A stretch of DNA of 64,000 nucleotides from a bacterium (GCA_963662285.2 CAXXMV010000008.1:928001-992000); one strand, 5' to 3'. Positions 1-9,904 are shown, counted from the first letter of the stretch. A program made the numbers and translations. The notes: a model not told the origin generated them from the letters alone.

Positions 1-1
1 A

Positions 2-859
2 ATGATTGTCTATCCAGATGTCGAGTACGCCGGTCAAGCGGCCAGGGCTGCATTTGAAGAACTGGATCGCATCGAAAACGAATTGAGCCGCTTCATCAGT
101 AACAGCGATGTATCACGCATCAATAACCTTGCCTCTCAACAATCTACCACCGTCGGTTTGGAGACTTTCGAATGTCTCCAGCAATGCTCAATCCTATACC
201 AGCAAACCAGCGGCGCTTTTGATATCACCATCGGAACGCTGCTGCAATGCTGGATCAATCCAGACAAGTCGCCGCGTCAACCGACGCCAGCAGAGATTCA
301 GGCTGCATTAAAATGTACGGGGATGCATCTGGTTATACTCAACCAATCCACGCATACCGTTCAGTTGAAGAATGCGCCGATGATGATCGACCTGGGCGGC
401 TATGGCAAAGGATACGCGGTTGACTGCATGGCCGCGCTGCTGCGGGAATGGAGCATTGACGCGGCCTTGATCCATAGCGGAGGAAGCACGGTTCTGGCGC
501 TGAACGCGCCGCCCAAGCGTGCTGGATGGCCGGTTACTATCAGCGATCCCCAATCCGGCGAAACCATTAAACGCATAGATTTAACCAACCGCGCCGTCAG
601 TGGATCAGGCCTGAAAAAAGGTCGCCATATCATCGATCCACGCACCGGGTCTCCAGTTGAAAAACGTAGCGCTGCATGGTCTCTGGCCAATACCGCAGCG
701 CAAGCCGACGCGTTATCAACCGCCTTAATGATAATGACGCCCGATGAAACCAGGCGATGCCTGAATTCTCAAAAAGATGCACAAGCCATTGTCATTGAAG
801 AATATCTATCAGACAATAACTCTAACAAAGTAATATATTATGGATTTGATAAACCATAA
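2..859 (+). CDS. apbE: FAD:protein FMN transferase (ApbE family), probably 5'-truncated by the window edge
   Basis: ApbE motifs GAFDITIG, IDLGGYGKGYAVD, HIIDPRTG and ADALSTA. Confidence 0.9.
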   Translation: MIVYPDVEYAGQAARAAFEELDRIENELSRFISNSDVSRINNLASQQSTTVGLETFECLQQCSILYQQTSGAFDITIGTLLQCWINPDKSPRQPTPAEIQAALKCTGMHLVILNQSTHTVQLKNAPMMIDLGGYGKGYAVDCMAALLREWSIDAALIHSGGSTVLALNAPPKRAGWPVTISDPQSGETIKRIDLTNRAVSGSGLKKGRHIIDPRTGSPVEKRSAAWSLANTAAQADALSTALMIMTPDETRRCLNSQKDAQAIVIEEYLSDNNSNKVIYYGFDKP

Positions 860-930
860 TATGATGAACTATGAGACTGTATTAAAGTGGTTTTCATGAT
901 CAACGGACATGATTTTGAGAACTGCTTTAT

Positions 931-2394
931 ATGAAAGGAAATATGATGGGGAGCGAAAATATAAAAATAGGGCAAGGTTACCAGCGCCGGGATTTTTTAC
1001 GCACCGTGGGAATAGGAGCAGGCGCGTTGCTGACCTCGCAAACTCTGGCCGCTTCAGAGACAGAGAACGCTGATCAAAAGCCCAACGTCATTGTCATATT
1101 CTGTGACGATCTGGGTTATGGGGATTTGGGAACCTTTGGTCATCCTACAATCAAAACGCCCAACCTGGACCGTATGGCGCGGCAAGGACAGAAATGGACC
1201 AATTTCTACGCCGCCGCCAGCGTATGCACTCCAAGCCGCGCCGGAATCATGACCGGACGCCTGCCCATCCGCAGCGGCATGTGCAGCGATAAAAGCCGCG
1301 TGTTGTTTCCGAACTCAACGGGAGGGCTGCCCAGCAGTGAAATCACTATCGCCAAGGCATTGAAGACGCGTGGTTATACAACCGCCTGCGTGGGCAAATG
1401 GCATCTGGGGCATCTTCCCCAATACCTGCCCACCAGTCACGGTTTCGATTCATATTTCGGAATCCCCTACAGCAACGACATGGATAATGTTGCCGAAAAA
1501 GGAACGCCGGTATTCAAGGATTCCAAGATCGAGTATTTCAATGTTCCACTGATGCGTGATAAAGAGGTCATCGAACGTCCCGCCGATCAGACCACCATCA
1601 CCAAACGTTATACCAATGAAGCGATCAAGATTATTCAAGCCAATAAAGACAAGCCCTTCTTCCTCTATCTGGCGCATAACCTGCCCCATGTTCCCCTGTT
1701 CAGATCAAAAGAATTCGCGGGAACAAGCCTGCGTGGATTATACGGAGATGTGGTGGAAGAGATTGATGCGGGAGTCGGACGGATTCTGCGGACGCTGCGT
1801 AAAGAAAAACTGGATAAGAATACTATGGTGGTCTTCACCTCGGATAACGGCCCCTGGCTGACCTTCAATGAACAAGGCGGCTCAGCCGGGCTGCTACGTG
1901 AAGGCAAAGGATGCACCTACGAGGGCGGAATGCGTGAACCGACCATCTTCTGGCAGCCGGGGAAAATCAAGCCCGGCGTGGTGGCCGATATGGGTTCAAC
2001 TATGGACTTGTTCGCCACCATCTGCAATATGACCGGCGCCCAGGTTCCCGATGACCGCGTCATGGATAGTTATGATTTGAGTCCCGCATTATTCGGCGAT
2101 GGCCATAGCCCCAGAGATGAAATGATCTACTACCGGGGTCAACAAATCTTCGCCGCCCGCAAGGGATCATTTAAAGCCCATTTCATAACCCAACCAGCTT
2201 ATCGTAGGGGTGAAAGAATTGTCCATGAAACGCCGCTGTTGTATAACCTGAACCACGATCCATCTGAGAAATATGATATCGCCAAGAAGCATCCAGAGGT
2301 TATTGAAGAAATCCTCAAAGTTGTCGAACGCCATAAAACCACGGTTAAACCTGTCAAAGATCAGTTAGCCGAACGAATAACGGAGAAAAACTAA
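931..2394 (+). CDS. Tat-exported arylsulfatase (formylglycine-dependent)
   Basis: RRDFL Tat motif; PNVIVIFCDDLGYGD; CTPSRAGIMTGR sulfatase signature; GKWHLG. Confidence 0.92.
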   Translation: MKGNMMGSENIKIGQGYQRRDFLRTVGIGAGALLTSQTLAASETENADQKPNVIVIFCDDLGYGDLGTFGHPTIKTPNLDRMARQGQKWTNFYAAASVCTPSRAGIMTGRLPIRSGMCSDKSRVLFPNSTGGLPSSEITIAKALKTRGYTTACVGKWHLGHLPQYLPTSHGFDSYFGIPYSNDMDNVAEKGTPVFKDSKIEYFNVPLMRDKEVIERPADQTTITKRYTNEAIKIIQANKDKPFFLYLAHNLPHVPLFRSKEFAGTSLRGLYGDVVEEIDAGVGRILRTLRKEKLDKNTMVVFTSDNGPWLTFNEQGGSAGLLREGKGCTYEGGMREPTIFWQPGKIKPGVVADMGSTMDLFATICNMTGAQVPDDRVMDSYDLSPALFGDGHSPRDEMIYYRGQQIFAARKGSFKAHFITQPAYRRGERIVHETPLLYNLNHDPSEKYDIAKKHPEVIEEILKVVERHKTTVKPVKDQLAERITEKN

Positions 2395-2412
2395 TATAAG
2401 GGAGGCCATACG

Positions 2413-3657
2413 ATGAATAAGCTATCCATTACGCGAAGGAATTTTCTGAACAAAAGCGGCGCCTGCTGCGCGGCGTTGCCACTGGTCAATATTATTCCCC
2501 AGGCAGTCAAAGGCGCCAACGACCGCCTGGAGATCGGCGTTATCGGTTGCGGCAACCGCGGGCGTTTGGCATTGATGAAAGATATTCATAAATACGACGA
2601 AAAGAATAATGTGACCATCACTGCGGTATGCGACGTATGGCGCCAAAACCGTGAGCAGGCGGTATTGCAGACGTTGGAGTGGTATGGCAAAGCGGCGCGT
2701 CAGTTTGAAGACTATAGAGATATGCTGCCCCTCGAAAACCTGGATGCCGTGGTAATCGCCTGCCCCGATCATCTGCATTGCACTGTTCTGGAAGCCGCCG
2801 CTGAAGCAGGAAAAGACGCTTACTGCGAAAAGCCGCTGGCTATGAACATGAAAGAGCTGAACCGCACGGTAGACGCCGTTAAGAAAAATAAACGCATCGT
2901 ACAGGTTGGAACTCAATTACGCAGTTACGATTCATTCACTGGATGCCGTCAGGTGGTCAAAGATGGTTTGCTGGGGCGTTTTCTCAAAGCCAGCCAGGTG
3001 CGCAACACCTACCGCCCCTATTGGCACAGTCATGCTGTACCAGTCAAGGAATCCGATGCCAACTGGCCATTGTTTTTAGGACACAAGAAAAAACGGCCTT
3101 TCGATGCAGACCAGTTTGCGGTTTGGTATGGTTACCGTGATTTCTCATCCGGTCCCATTGGCGGTTATATGAGTCATTTCATTGATCTGGTGCATTACCT
3201 TACCGGCGCCAAGTTCCCCCATAGCGCCGTAACCCAAGGCGGAATATACGCCTGGATCGACCAGCGCACCTGTCCCGATTCGGTGCATACCCTTTTAGAA
3301 TATCCTGAAGGTTTCATGGTCAGTTACAGCACCATATTCGGTAACGCCAATGGCAGTTATATGAAATTCTTCGGCACGCGGGGCATGATCGACTCCACCG
3401 ATTGGGACAATCCATTCATGACCGGGGAAGGTTCAGAAGACCCCAACCGAATCCCGGCCAAAAAGGCCGTTACGCCTTTGCGCGTGCCGCATCACATGGA
3501 TAACTGGCTCCAATGCCTCAGAACCCGCACCCAGCCCAATGCCAACATCGATGCGGGCTATCAACATGCGGTGGCCTGCATTCTGGCTGATGAGGCAATG
3601 GTGCAAGAACGCAAGATGATCTTTAATCCCGACTCCCGGAAAATCAGGCCTGCTTGA
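2413..3657 (+). CDS. Tat-exported Gfo/Idh/MocA family oxidoreductase
   Basis: TRRNFL Tat motif; IGVIGCGNRG; YCEKPLA; VQVGTQLRS; RBS GGAGG upstream. Confidence 0.9.
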   Translation: MNKLSITRRNFLNKSGACCAALPLVNIIPQAVKGANDRLEIGVIGCGNRGRLALMKDIHKYDEKNNVTITAVCDVWRQNREQAVLQTLEWYGKAARQFEDYRDMLPLENLDAVVIACPDHLHCTVLEAAAEAGKDAYCEKPLAMNMKELNRTVDAVKKNKRIVQVGTQLRSYDSFTGCRQVVKDGLLGRFLKASQVRNTYRPYWHSHAVPVKESDANWPLFLGHKKKRPFDADQFAVWYGYRDFSSGPIGGYMSHFIDLVHYLTGAKFPHSAVTQGGIYAWIDQRTCPDSVHTLLEYPEGFMVSYSTIFGNANGSYMKFFGTRGMIDSTDWDNPFMTGEGSEDPNRIPAKKAVTPLRVPHHMDNWLQCLRTRTQPNANIDAGYQHAVACILADEAMVQERKMIFNPDSRKIRPA

Positions 3658-4264
3658 TAGGCATAGAGTAGCTCTAAAATCATAAGTTATCGCATCAAGG
3701 GCTGACCGCTTTGCGGTCTTGCCCTTGGCGCCCGCATTCTGGCTGATGAGGCAATGGTGCAAGAACGCAAGATGATCTTTAATCCCAACGCACGGAAAAT
3801 CAGGCCTGCTTGATAGGCATAGAGTGGTTCTAAAATCATAAGTTATCGCATCAAGGGCTGACCGCTTTGCGGTCTTGCCCTTGGCACCCGCTTGACCGCT
3901 TTGCGGACTTGCCCTTGGCGCCCGCTTGACCGCTTTGCGGTCTTGCCCTTGGTGCCCGTCAGGCCTGCTTGAGCGGCATAGAGCGGTTCTATAATCATAA
4001 GTTATCGCATCAAGGGCTGACCGCTTTGCGGTCTTGCCCTTGGCGCCCGCTTGACCGCTTTGCGGACTTGCCCTTGGCGCCCACCAGGCCTGCTTGAGCG
4101 GCATAGAGCGGTTCTAAAATCATAAGTTATCGCATCAAGGGCTGACCGCTTTGCGGTCTTGCCCTTGGCGCCCGCTTGACCGCTATGCGGACTTGCCCTT
4201 GGCGCCCGCCCTTACCACCCGCCGCATCAAGGGCTGGACACATTGCGGTCTTGCCCTTGGCGCC
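3578..4264. repeat. Mosaic tandem array of REP-A hairpins and duplicated flank (units 156,156,34,34,91,34,91,34,~57 bp)
   Basis: Units 3578-3733, 3734-3889, 3890-3923, 3924-3957, 3958-4048, 4049-4082, 4083-4173 and 4174-4207 all end in CTTGGYRCCC; degenerate last hairpin at 4224-4264. Confidence 0.92.
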
Positions 4265-4402
4265 TGTGATATCACGATCCTCATATACAAATATGTTAAT
4301 AAATATCATTCTACATCTCTAATCCGCTCGATTTTTTGATAACTACAAGTAGTATGTATTCATAACATTTAATAAAAATTCACAATACTTTGGAGCAACC
4401 GT

Positions 4403-5725
4403 TTGTCGAAATTTCTTTCACCCAACTTTCCCTTTAAACCAAGACGTTTGCCTTTTTTTTACGGATGGATCATACTGGCGGTAAGCACCTTTGGCATCAT
4501 CATGAGCGTGCCGGGGCAAACCATCGGCGTCAGCGCATTTATTGATGACCTGTTGGTCGCACTCGGTTTGTCGCGTATACAGCTGAGCACCGCTTACATG
4601 ATCGGCACCATCGGCAGCGCATTTCTGCTGCCCTATTGCGGACGGGTCTTCGACCGCAGGGGCGCCCGGTGGATGGTGTTGGTCTCTACTGCGTTATCAT
4701 CTGTAACTTTGTTATTTCTCAGTCAATGCGACCGTATCGCGGCATTAATTACTTTCAGCGACAATCAGGCTATTGGTACATCGATCAGTTTTTTCGTGAT
4801 AACGATGGGTTTCCTTTTTCTACGTTTTTCCGGTCAGGGGCTGCTATGCATGACGGCCCGCTCCATGCTGGGCAAATGGTTCAACCGCCGGCGGGGCTTC
4901 GCATCAGGGATCAATGGAGTAATGGTCACCTTTTCATTCTCCATCGCGCCATTAGCCTTTAACTCCATTATTAATTCATATGGCTGGCGGGGAACCTGGA
5001 TATTTCTTTCGGCCATGACGGTATTTATGGCTTTCATTGGCTGGTTGTTTTTCAGAGATAATCCAGAAGAATGCGGCTTGAAAATGGATGGCGTCAGTGA
5101 AGCAGATCATGCCGAACATGTTAAAAAAGACTTTTTCAATGTAAAAAAGGAATACACGGTTAAAGAAGCGCGCAGGACATATCCATTCTGGGCGTTTAAT
5201 CTCGGTCTGGCCGCCCAGGCCTTGATAATCACCGCTGTAACATTTCACATAGTATCACTGGGCGCCGAGATGGGATTATCCAGGAATCAATCGCTGGGGA
5301 TATTCCTTCCCATGTCCATAATCAGCATATTCAGCAACTTTCTATTCGGCTGGCTCAGCGACCGCATCGCACTTAAATATTGTCTGGCGGTTATGATGAT
5401 AATGCTGACTTTAGGAGTCGGCGGAGTTCCCTTCTTCTCTCATACTCTGGGTCGGGCGGCGGTGATCCTCGGTTTCGGCGCCAGCGGCGGCGTGTTTGGA
5501 CCATTGGTTACGGTAGTATGGCCGCGGTATTATGGGCGCAAGCATCTAGGCGCCATCAGCAGCATGAATCTGGCATCCATGGTATTCGCCAGCGCCATCG
5601 GACCATTTATATTCGGCATGTCGAAAGCGTGGTTCGGCGGTTATAACGCCGGGATTTATGCTTGTCTGGCCCTGCCGCTGATTATTTTGCTGGGATCGTT
5701 TAAGGCCAATAATCCACAAGTTTGA
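4403..5725 (+). CDS. MFS transporter
   Basis: About 12 hydrophobic segments; motif A-like GRVFDRRGAR and GWLSDRI; FFYGW N-terminus; TTG start. Confidence 0.88.
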   Translation: MSKFLSPNFPFKPRRLPFFYGWIILAVSTFGIIMSVPGQTIGVSAFIDDLLVALGLSRIQLSTAYMIGTIGSAFLLPYCGRVFDRRGARWMVLVSTALSSVTLLFLSQCDRIAALITFSDNQAIGTSISFFVITMGFLFLRFSGQGLLCMTARSMLGKWFNRRRGFASGINGVMVTFSFSIAPLAFNSIINSYGWRGTWIFLSAMTVFMAFIGWLFFRDNPEECGLKMDGVSEADHAEHVKKDFFNVKKEYTVKEARRTYPFWAFNLGLAAQALIITAVTFHIVSLGAEMGLSRNQSLGIFLPMSIISIFSNFLFGWLSDRIALKYCLAVMMIMLTLGVGGVPFFSHTLGRAAVILGFGASGGVFGPLVTVVWPRYYGRKHLGAISSMNLASMVFASAIGPFIFGMSKAWFGGYNAGIYACLALPLIILLGSFKANNPQV

Positions 5726-5769
5726 TACATTGATCAGTGGGAATGCAATGTAATATTCAATCCAAATCT

Positions 5770-6033
5770 TTAATGAACGCCAAAAGCCCAACAAGCCATT
5801 ATGCCGACTCCATAAACCAATAGGGGTATAATATTCAAACGTAGGCGTATTGATTGAACCAATAAAACTATGCCAGATATAATTGCGGCTAAATTGAACA
5901 GGCCGAATAGTATCCTATTATCAATGGCAAAACGCTGAAAAGCATGATTACTATTGGCGGTTAAGATAAGAACAAAACTGATCCAAATCAAAATCGCGGG
6001 CAGCCAGATTTTAATATCCATGTTCTCTTTCAT
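5770..6033 (-). CDS. Small hypothetical membrane protein (3 TM)
   Basis: 87-aa ORF, three hydrophobic segments, GGAG RBS upstream. Confidence 0.6.
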   Translation of the reverse strand: MKENMDIKIWLPAILIWISFVLILTANSNHAFQRFAIDNRILFGLFNLAAIISGIVLLVQSIRLRLNIIPLLVYGVGIMACWAFGVH

Positions 6034-6158
6034 CGCCTGATCTCCACTTAAAAGAGTATTTTTTTTGTTTACCTTGCAACAGTATACCTATTTTCTATAT
6101 ACTAATCAATTACTATTTTAGATATTACAGACCTCACATGAAATAAAGCTATTAAAAA

Positions 6159-6186
6159 TTGACAAGATGATATCATGCAATATAAC
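6159..6186 (+). promoter_or_regulatory. Putative sigma70 promoter
   Basis: TTGACA-16 nt-TATAAC in AT-rich intergenic DNA upstream of the 6411 ORF. Confidence 0.4.
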
Positions 6187-6310
6187 CTATGGTTTGGAAG
6201 TTCCATATAAGGGACTTTGAAGAATTTTGACTTGGATGTAATGTAAAGATCGAAATGACCTTGCCCTCTCATGGTGGGAGAGGGGATTTGGTTATCAAGG
6301 GTGGATTTTT

Positions 6311-6340
6311 GATGGGTCGGTGAAGCTGATCCATCCTACG
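6311..6340 (-). repeat. REP-C (GTAG-foot) hairpin
   Basis: GATGGGTC..GATCCATCCTACG; similar to 40419-40444, 58439-58471 and 58909-58938. Confidence 0.6.
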
Positions 6341-6410
6341 CTTTGGGGAATTAAAATATCAGGGTGATTAAAGTACCAGACCTTATACCTTTGGACTAAC
6401 TAGTAAGGAA

Positions 6411-7046
6411 ATGATTATGAACAATGAATCGAAACTCCTTTCCAGACGCACAGTGATACAGATGGGCGCCGGATTGCCGCTGTCGGCCATGCTGTTATCA
6501 TGCGGCGGCAACAGCACTCAACGCACTGGAAAAGCAGCCCCGAAATCAAAGATTAATCAAGAATCATATTGGGCCAGACGTCAGGAATGGAAGGGCGAGG
6601 AATGGGTATATGGCATCGTACAGATCAGCGACCGCACTTTGATGGTTAACCGCAACGACGGGATGGGATGGTCATTCCCCGGAGGTAGGCTAGATGCTAT
6701 TCAACATGGCGAAAAACACGAAAAGAACGATGATATTATCAATGCTGCAACTGTATTCGTTCATGACCAGACCTTAATCCCCGTTTTGGCTAAAGAAGCA
6801 ATCATCATTGCTTATGGTTATGTCATTGACGAACGTGGAGGAGAGAATAAATTAGTCCACTGGGTCAACGTCTTTTGCTTAGGCGACGACCTTCCCAGAC
6901 CACAGGCTGGTTTAAATATAGTTAAGGAAGCGCAATGGGCGGCAGGCGATGATCCGTATCTGGGCGCCTGCTTAACCCAACGCCTTAAAGAAGTAGAACA
7001 AGCCGGCGAAGGCAAAACCCTGATCATTCGCTCTTGCGGGATATAA
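6411..7046 (+). CDS. Putative Tat lipoprotein with degenerate Nudix-like domain
   Basis: SRRTVI..LLSC signal with lipobox; GWSFPGGRLD resembles the Nudix box start but the RE..EE residues are absent. Confidence 0.6.
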   Translation: MIMNNESKLLSRRTVIQMGAGLPLSAMLLSCGGNSTQRTGKAAPKSKINQESYWARRQEWKGEEWVYGIVQISDRTLMVNRNDGMGWSFPGGRLDAIQHGEKHEKNDDIINAATVFVHDQTLIPVLAKEAIIIAYGYVIDERGGENKLVHWVNVFCLGDDLPRPQAGLNIVKEAQWAAGDDPYLGACLTQRLKEVEQAGEGKTLIIRSCGI

Positions 7047-7089
7047 GACGGATTTACGGCGGTTTTACCAATGTTATTTATCCCGTTAT

Positions 7090-7392
7090 TTATCCCAATT
7101 CGCCTACCCGTTCGAAGTCGAATCCACGGAGGGAACGTTCAACGACTGAATTGCAGCCTATGGCGGAAATGTTTTTTTTACCGATCCGGGAACGTTCCAA
7201 GGCCGATATGAACAAGGGGATGCTATCCAGCGATATGGCTACAACATCGCTGCAATCCAAGACTAACTTTTTAGGACGCTTACGGGCGATTTTTTCGATT
7301 TCATCAGCTAACCGCATTCCATCAGCCTTCCTTAACATGCCGGTTATGACTAATGTGATTTGATTCTCTTCATCCAATATTTCTATTTTCAT
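7090..7392 (-). CDS. STAS domain protein (anti-anti-sigma factor-like)
   Basis: 100 aa; LVLDCSDVVAISLDSIPLFI matches the STAS pattern. Confidence 0.75.
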   Translation of the reverse strand: MKIEILDEENQITLVITGMLRKADGMRLADEIEKIARKRPKKLVLDCSDVVAISLDSIPLFISALERSRIGKKNISAIGCNSVVERSLRGFDFERVGELG

Positions 7393-7507
7393 TTTATATT
7401 CCCTATTAGAGAGATTTGCAGAATTACGGGTTTGCAGAATAATTTATTCCACAAACCCGTTCATTATAATCAATATTACTTAATCAACCTACTATTATAT
7501 TTCCAAC

Positions 7508-9058
7508 CTACTGGTTGTTCAGCGTAACGCATGGCCAATCGTCAGTGCGGAAGGGTGAAGCGGGCAGTCCTTCTTTGTTAAACAGATTGCAGACGGGGCT
7601 ATCATACCAGCCATAACGCACTGCAACCGGTTCACTGATATCATTATTCCAGACGACGATTTTGCCGCCTTCAATGCTCGCTTCAGCCGCAACGAATTTT
7701 TGATCTTCCGCAGCGATTTCAAAACCTTTCAACGGCTCATTATCCTTAGACATCAATCCACCGCCAATGCAATCAAAGGATAGAGTGATCTTGCCATTTT
7801 TGGCTTTCATGGATTTATACATCGGGCCGGAATAAACCAGTTTCTTCTCGCCATAAGTAACTTTGCGGGCCGCCAAGGCCAGACGGTATCCAACATCCTG
7901 CTTATTACGCGGGTGAATATCTTTGGGGTTGCCGATATCAATTGTCACCGCCATGCCAGTGTTGGGCAGCGACAAGGCCATGTTCTGGGCTTCGCGCAAT
8001 TCCGGCCATGTATGACCTGCGCCGGTAGATGAACCAAAATTGGCTAACTGTACAAAGAGAAAGGTGAAATCGCCCTGTCCCCATTTCTCCCGCCAATCCT
8101 GGATCATGGCGGGGAACAATTTGCGGTATTGATAAGCCCGCCCGGCGTTCGATTCGCCCTGATACCAGATAGCGCCCTGGATGGCGTAAGGAACCAACGG
8201 CGCGATCATTGCGTTATATAGCGCAGTCGAGCGGTGGTTGCTGTTACGAGCATCGCCCCAACGCGGCAGAGCTGGCGGGCCGCCTATCAAGCGTTCGCCA
8301 GCTGCTTCCAATTCGTTATTCTTTTCGCGCCAGTCATTAAAGGTCTTTGCGTAATCCGCCCATTTCTGATCGGCTTCTTTGGCGTTTTTATCAGACCGGT
8401 CCAGCATAACTTTCAATGCCGGATCGCTTTCAAGGGTTTCCCGGCTGGTCCATGCTTCAGCGGCGGAACCGCCCCAGGATGTATGAATTATCCCTATGGG
8501 AACATTTAAACTTTTGTGCAAGTCGCGTCCGAAGAAATATGCTACAGCCGAAAAACCGGGAATGGTCTCAGGGGTGCAGACGCTCCACTTGCCATCAACA
8601 TTCTTCTGAGGCAGACGGGCGGCTTTCAGTGGAACGGAAAACAAGCGGATATTCGGGTAATCAGCGTCTTTTATCTCTTGTTCCGCATTGTTACTACCAC
8701 CAAGGCCAAATTGCATATTGGATTGTCCGCTGCATACCCAGACTTCGCCGACCATCACATTTTTGATGGTGATGGTATTACGGCCCAATATCTTCATCTC
8801 ATAAGGGCCGCCCACTTTCAATTTACCCAGACGCACCATCCAGCAGCCGTCTTTAGCTGTGGTATGAGCGGTCTTGCCATTGATAGTTACCGCGACCTTC
8901 TCGCCATCATCCGCCCATCCCCATACGGGAATCTTCTTGCCCTGCTGCAACACCATGTGATCGGTGAATAATGGATGCGGTTCGACATCCGCCATTACAG
9001 TAGCAGCCAAACATACTACCAATGCTACTCCACAAAATACTGTAAACTTATTGTTCAT
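7508..9058 (-). CDS. Sialate O-acetylesterase (SASA family), secreted
   Basis: Signal peptide; GEVWVCSGQSNM, WYQGESNA, DIHPRNKQDVG, GLPASPFRTD. Confidence 0.92.
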   Translation of the reverse strand: MNNKFTVFCGVALVVCLAATVMADVEPHPLFTDHMVLQQGKKIPVWGWADDGEKVAVTINGKTAHTTAKDGCWMVRLGKLKVGGPYEMKILGRNTITIKNVMVGEVWVCSGQSNMQFGLGGSNNAEQEIKDADYPNIRLFSVPLKAARLPQKNVDGKWSVCTPETIPGFSAVAYFFGRDLHKSLNVPIGIIHTSWGGSAAEAWTSRETLESDPALKVMLDRSDKNAKEADQKWADYAKTFNDWREKNNELEAAGERLIGGPPALPRWGDARNSNHRSTALYNAMIAPLVPYAIQGAIWYQGESNAGRAYQYRKLFPAMIQDWREKWGQGDFTFLFVQLANFGSSTGAGHTWPELREAQNMALSLPNTGMAVTIDIGNPKDIHPRNKQDVGYRLALAARKVTYGEKKLVYSGPMYKSMKAKNGKITLSFDCIGGGLMSKDNEPLKGFEIAAEDQKFVAAEASIEGGKIVVWNNDISEPVAVRYGWYDSPVCNLFNKEGLPASPFRTDDWPCVTLNNQ

Positions 9059-9275
9059 TGTGTTTGTTCCTCCCTTTTGGTTTTGATAAAAGTACTTTAT
9101 TAAACTACAAATAATGTGAGATTACGAAGGATTTCTCACATTACAGTTATATCATAAACAGAGGTGATTGTTTAAGGTGAGTTACTGAAAACTATGCTAA
9201 ATACACGACATTGAAAATATGTAATAGATCAGTCAATAGGTATAGAATAACACTCACCTTATATTAGGTGGCTTG

Positions 9276-9315
9276 ATCAAGGGCTGACCGCTAAGCGGTC
9301 TTGCCCTTGGCACCC
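9276..9315 (+). repeat. REP-A hairpin copy
   Basis: ATCAAGGGCTGACCGCTAAGCGGTCTTGCCCTTGGCACCC. Confidence 0.9.
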
Positions 9316-9355
9316 ATGCAATCTCTATTGGTGTTAGTAACGAATTAGCAACATT

Positions 9356-9658
9356 TTAGTCTTGTTGGGGATTTTGTTTTTTCTTCTCTTCAAGGACGCG
9401 ATTAAGAATGTCGAACATGGTTTCAACTCTGCCTTTAGGAGGTTGAAAGGCTTTCTCGATCTGTTCTTCAGAGAAGTTTTCTTTCAAAAATTCCTCGACA
9501 TTCAGTTTGGCGCTCCAGCAATCATACATTTTACGGCAGGGCAAATTTTCATTCATCCGGCGACAATAAGAAAACGATATTACATCTCCCAATTGGGGAC
9601 AACGAAAATGCTCATATTCATCATATTTGGTAAGGGTGGATTTTTCATTTTCCGTCAT
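9356..9658 (-). CDS. Small Cys-containing hypothetical protein
   Basis: Likely start MTENEK at 9658; RCPQLG..CRR..PC..DCW; the longer ORF runs into repeat DNA. Confidence 0.7.
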   Translation of the reverse strand: MTENEKSTLTKYDEYEHFRCPQLGDVISFSYCRRMNENLPCRKMYDCWSAKLNVEEFLKENFSEEQIEKAFQPPKGRVETMFDILNRVLEEKKKQNPQQD

Positions 9659-9709
9659 AGCGCCGCATCCATTTCTATAATCGTTATCGACCGGGGCAAT
9701 ATCATTCAT

Positions 9710-9746
9710 CCCCCTCACCCTAACTCTCTCCCAGTGGGAGAGGGGA
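9710..9746 (+). repeat. REP-D (CCCTC..GGGAGAGGG) hairpin
   Basis: CCCCTCACCCTAACTCTCTCCCAGTGGGAGAGGGGA; relatives at 6264-6285, 9902-9934, 11521-11556, 26186-26227, 26288-26326 and 54478-54519. Confidence 0.75.
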
Positions 9747-9792
9747 CAATACAGCTTAAGTTAAGGTATTTCATCCTATCTTTGGTGGCTTG

Positions 9793-9904
9793 ATCAAGGG
9801 CTGAGCGCAATGCGCTCTTGCCCTTGGCACCCATCTTAATGTCATTGCCCATCTTAATGTCATTGCCCATCTTAATGTCATTGCCCATCTTAATGATATT
9901 GCCC
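9793..9904 (+). repeat. REP-A hairpin followed by 4 x 18-bp tandem repeat
   Basis: REP-A at 9793-9832, then ATCTTAATGTCATTGCCC x3 (9833-9886) plus one variant copy (9887-9904). Confidence 0.9.

Noticed and set aside
3578-3889. Diversity-generating retroelement VR/TR pair at the oxidoreductase 3' end
   Set aside because: Differences are not confined to adenines and no reverse transcriptase is in the window.
3578-4264. CRISPR array
   Set aside because: Intervening sequences are copies of each other and of the upstream gene, lengths are irregular, no cas genes are present, and the repeat is dispersed across the window.
3433-4339. ORFs 3433-4104, 4127-4309 and 4151-4339
   Set aside because: Translations of the repeat array with no protein-like features.
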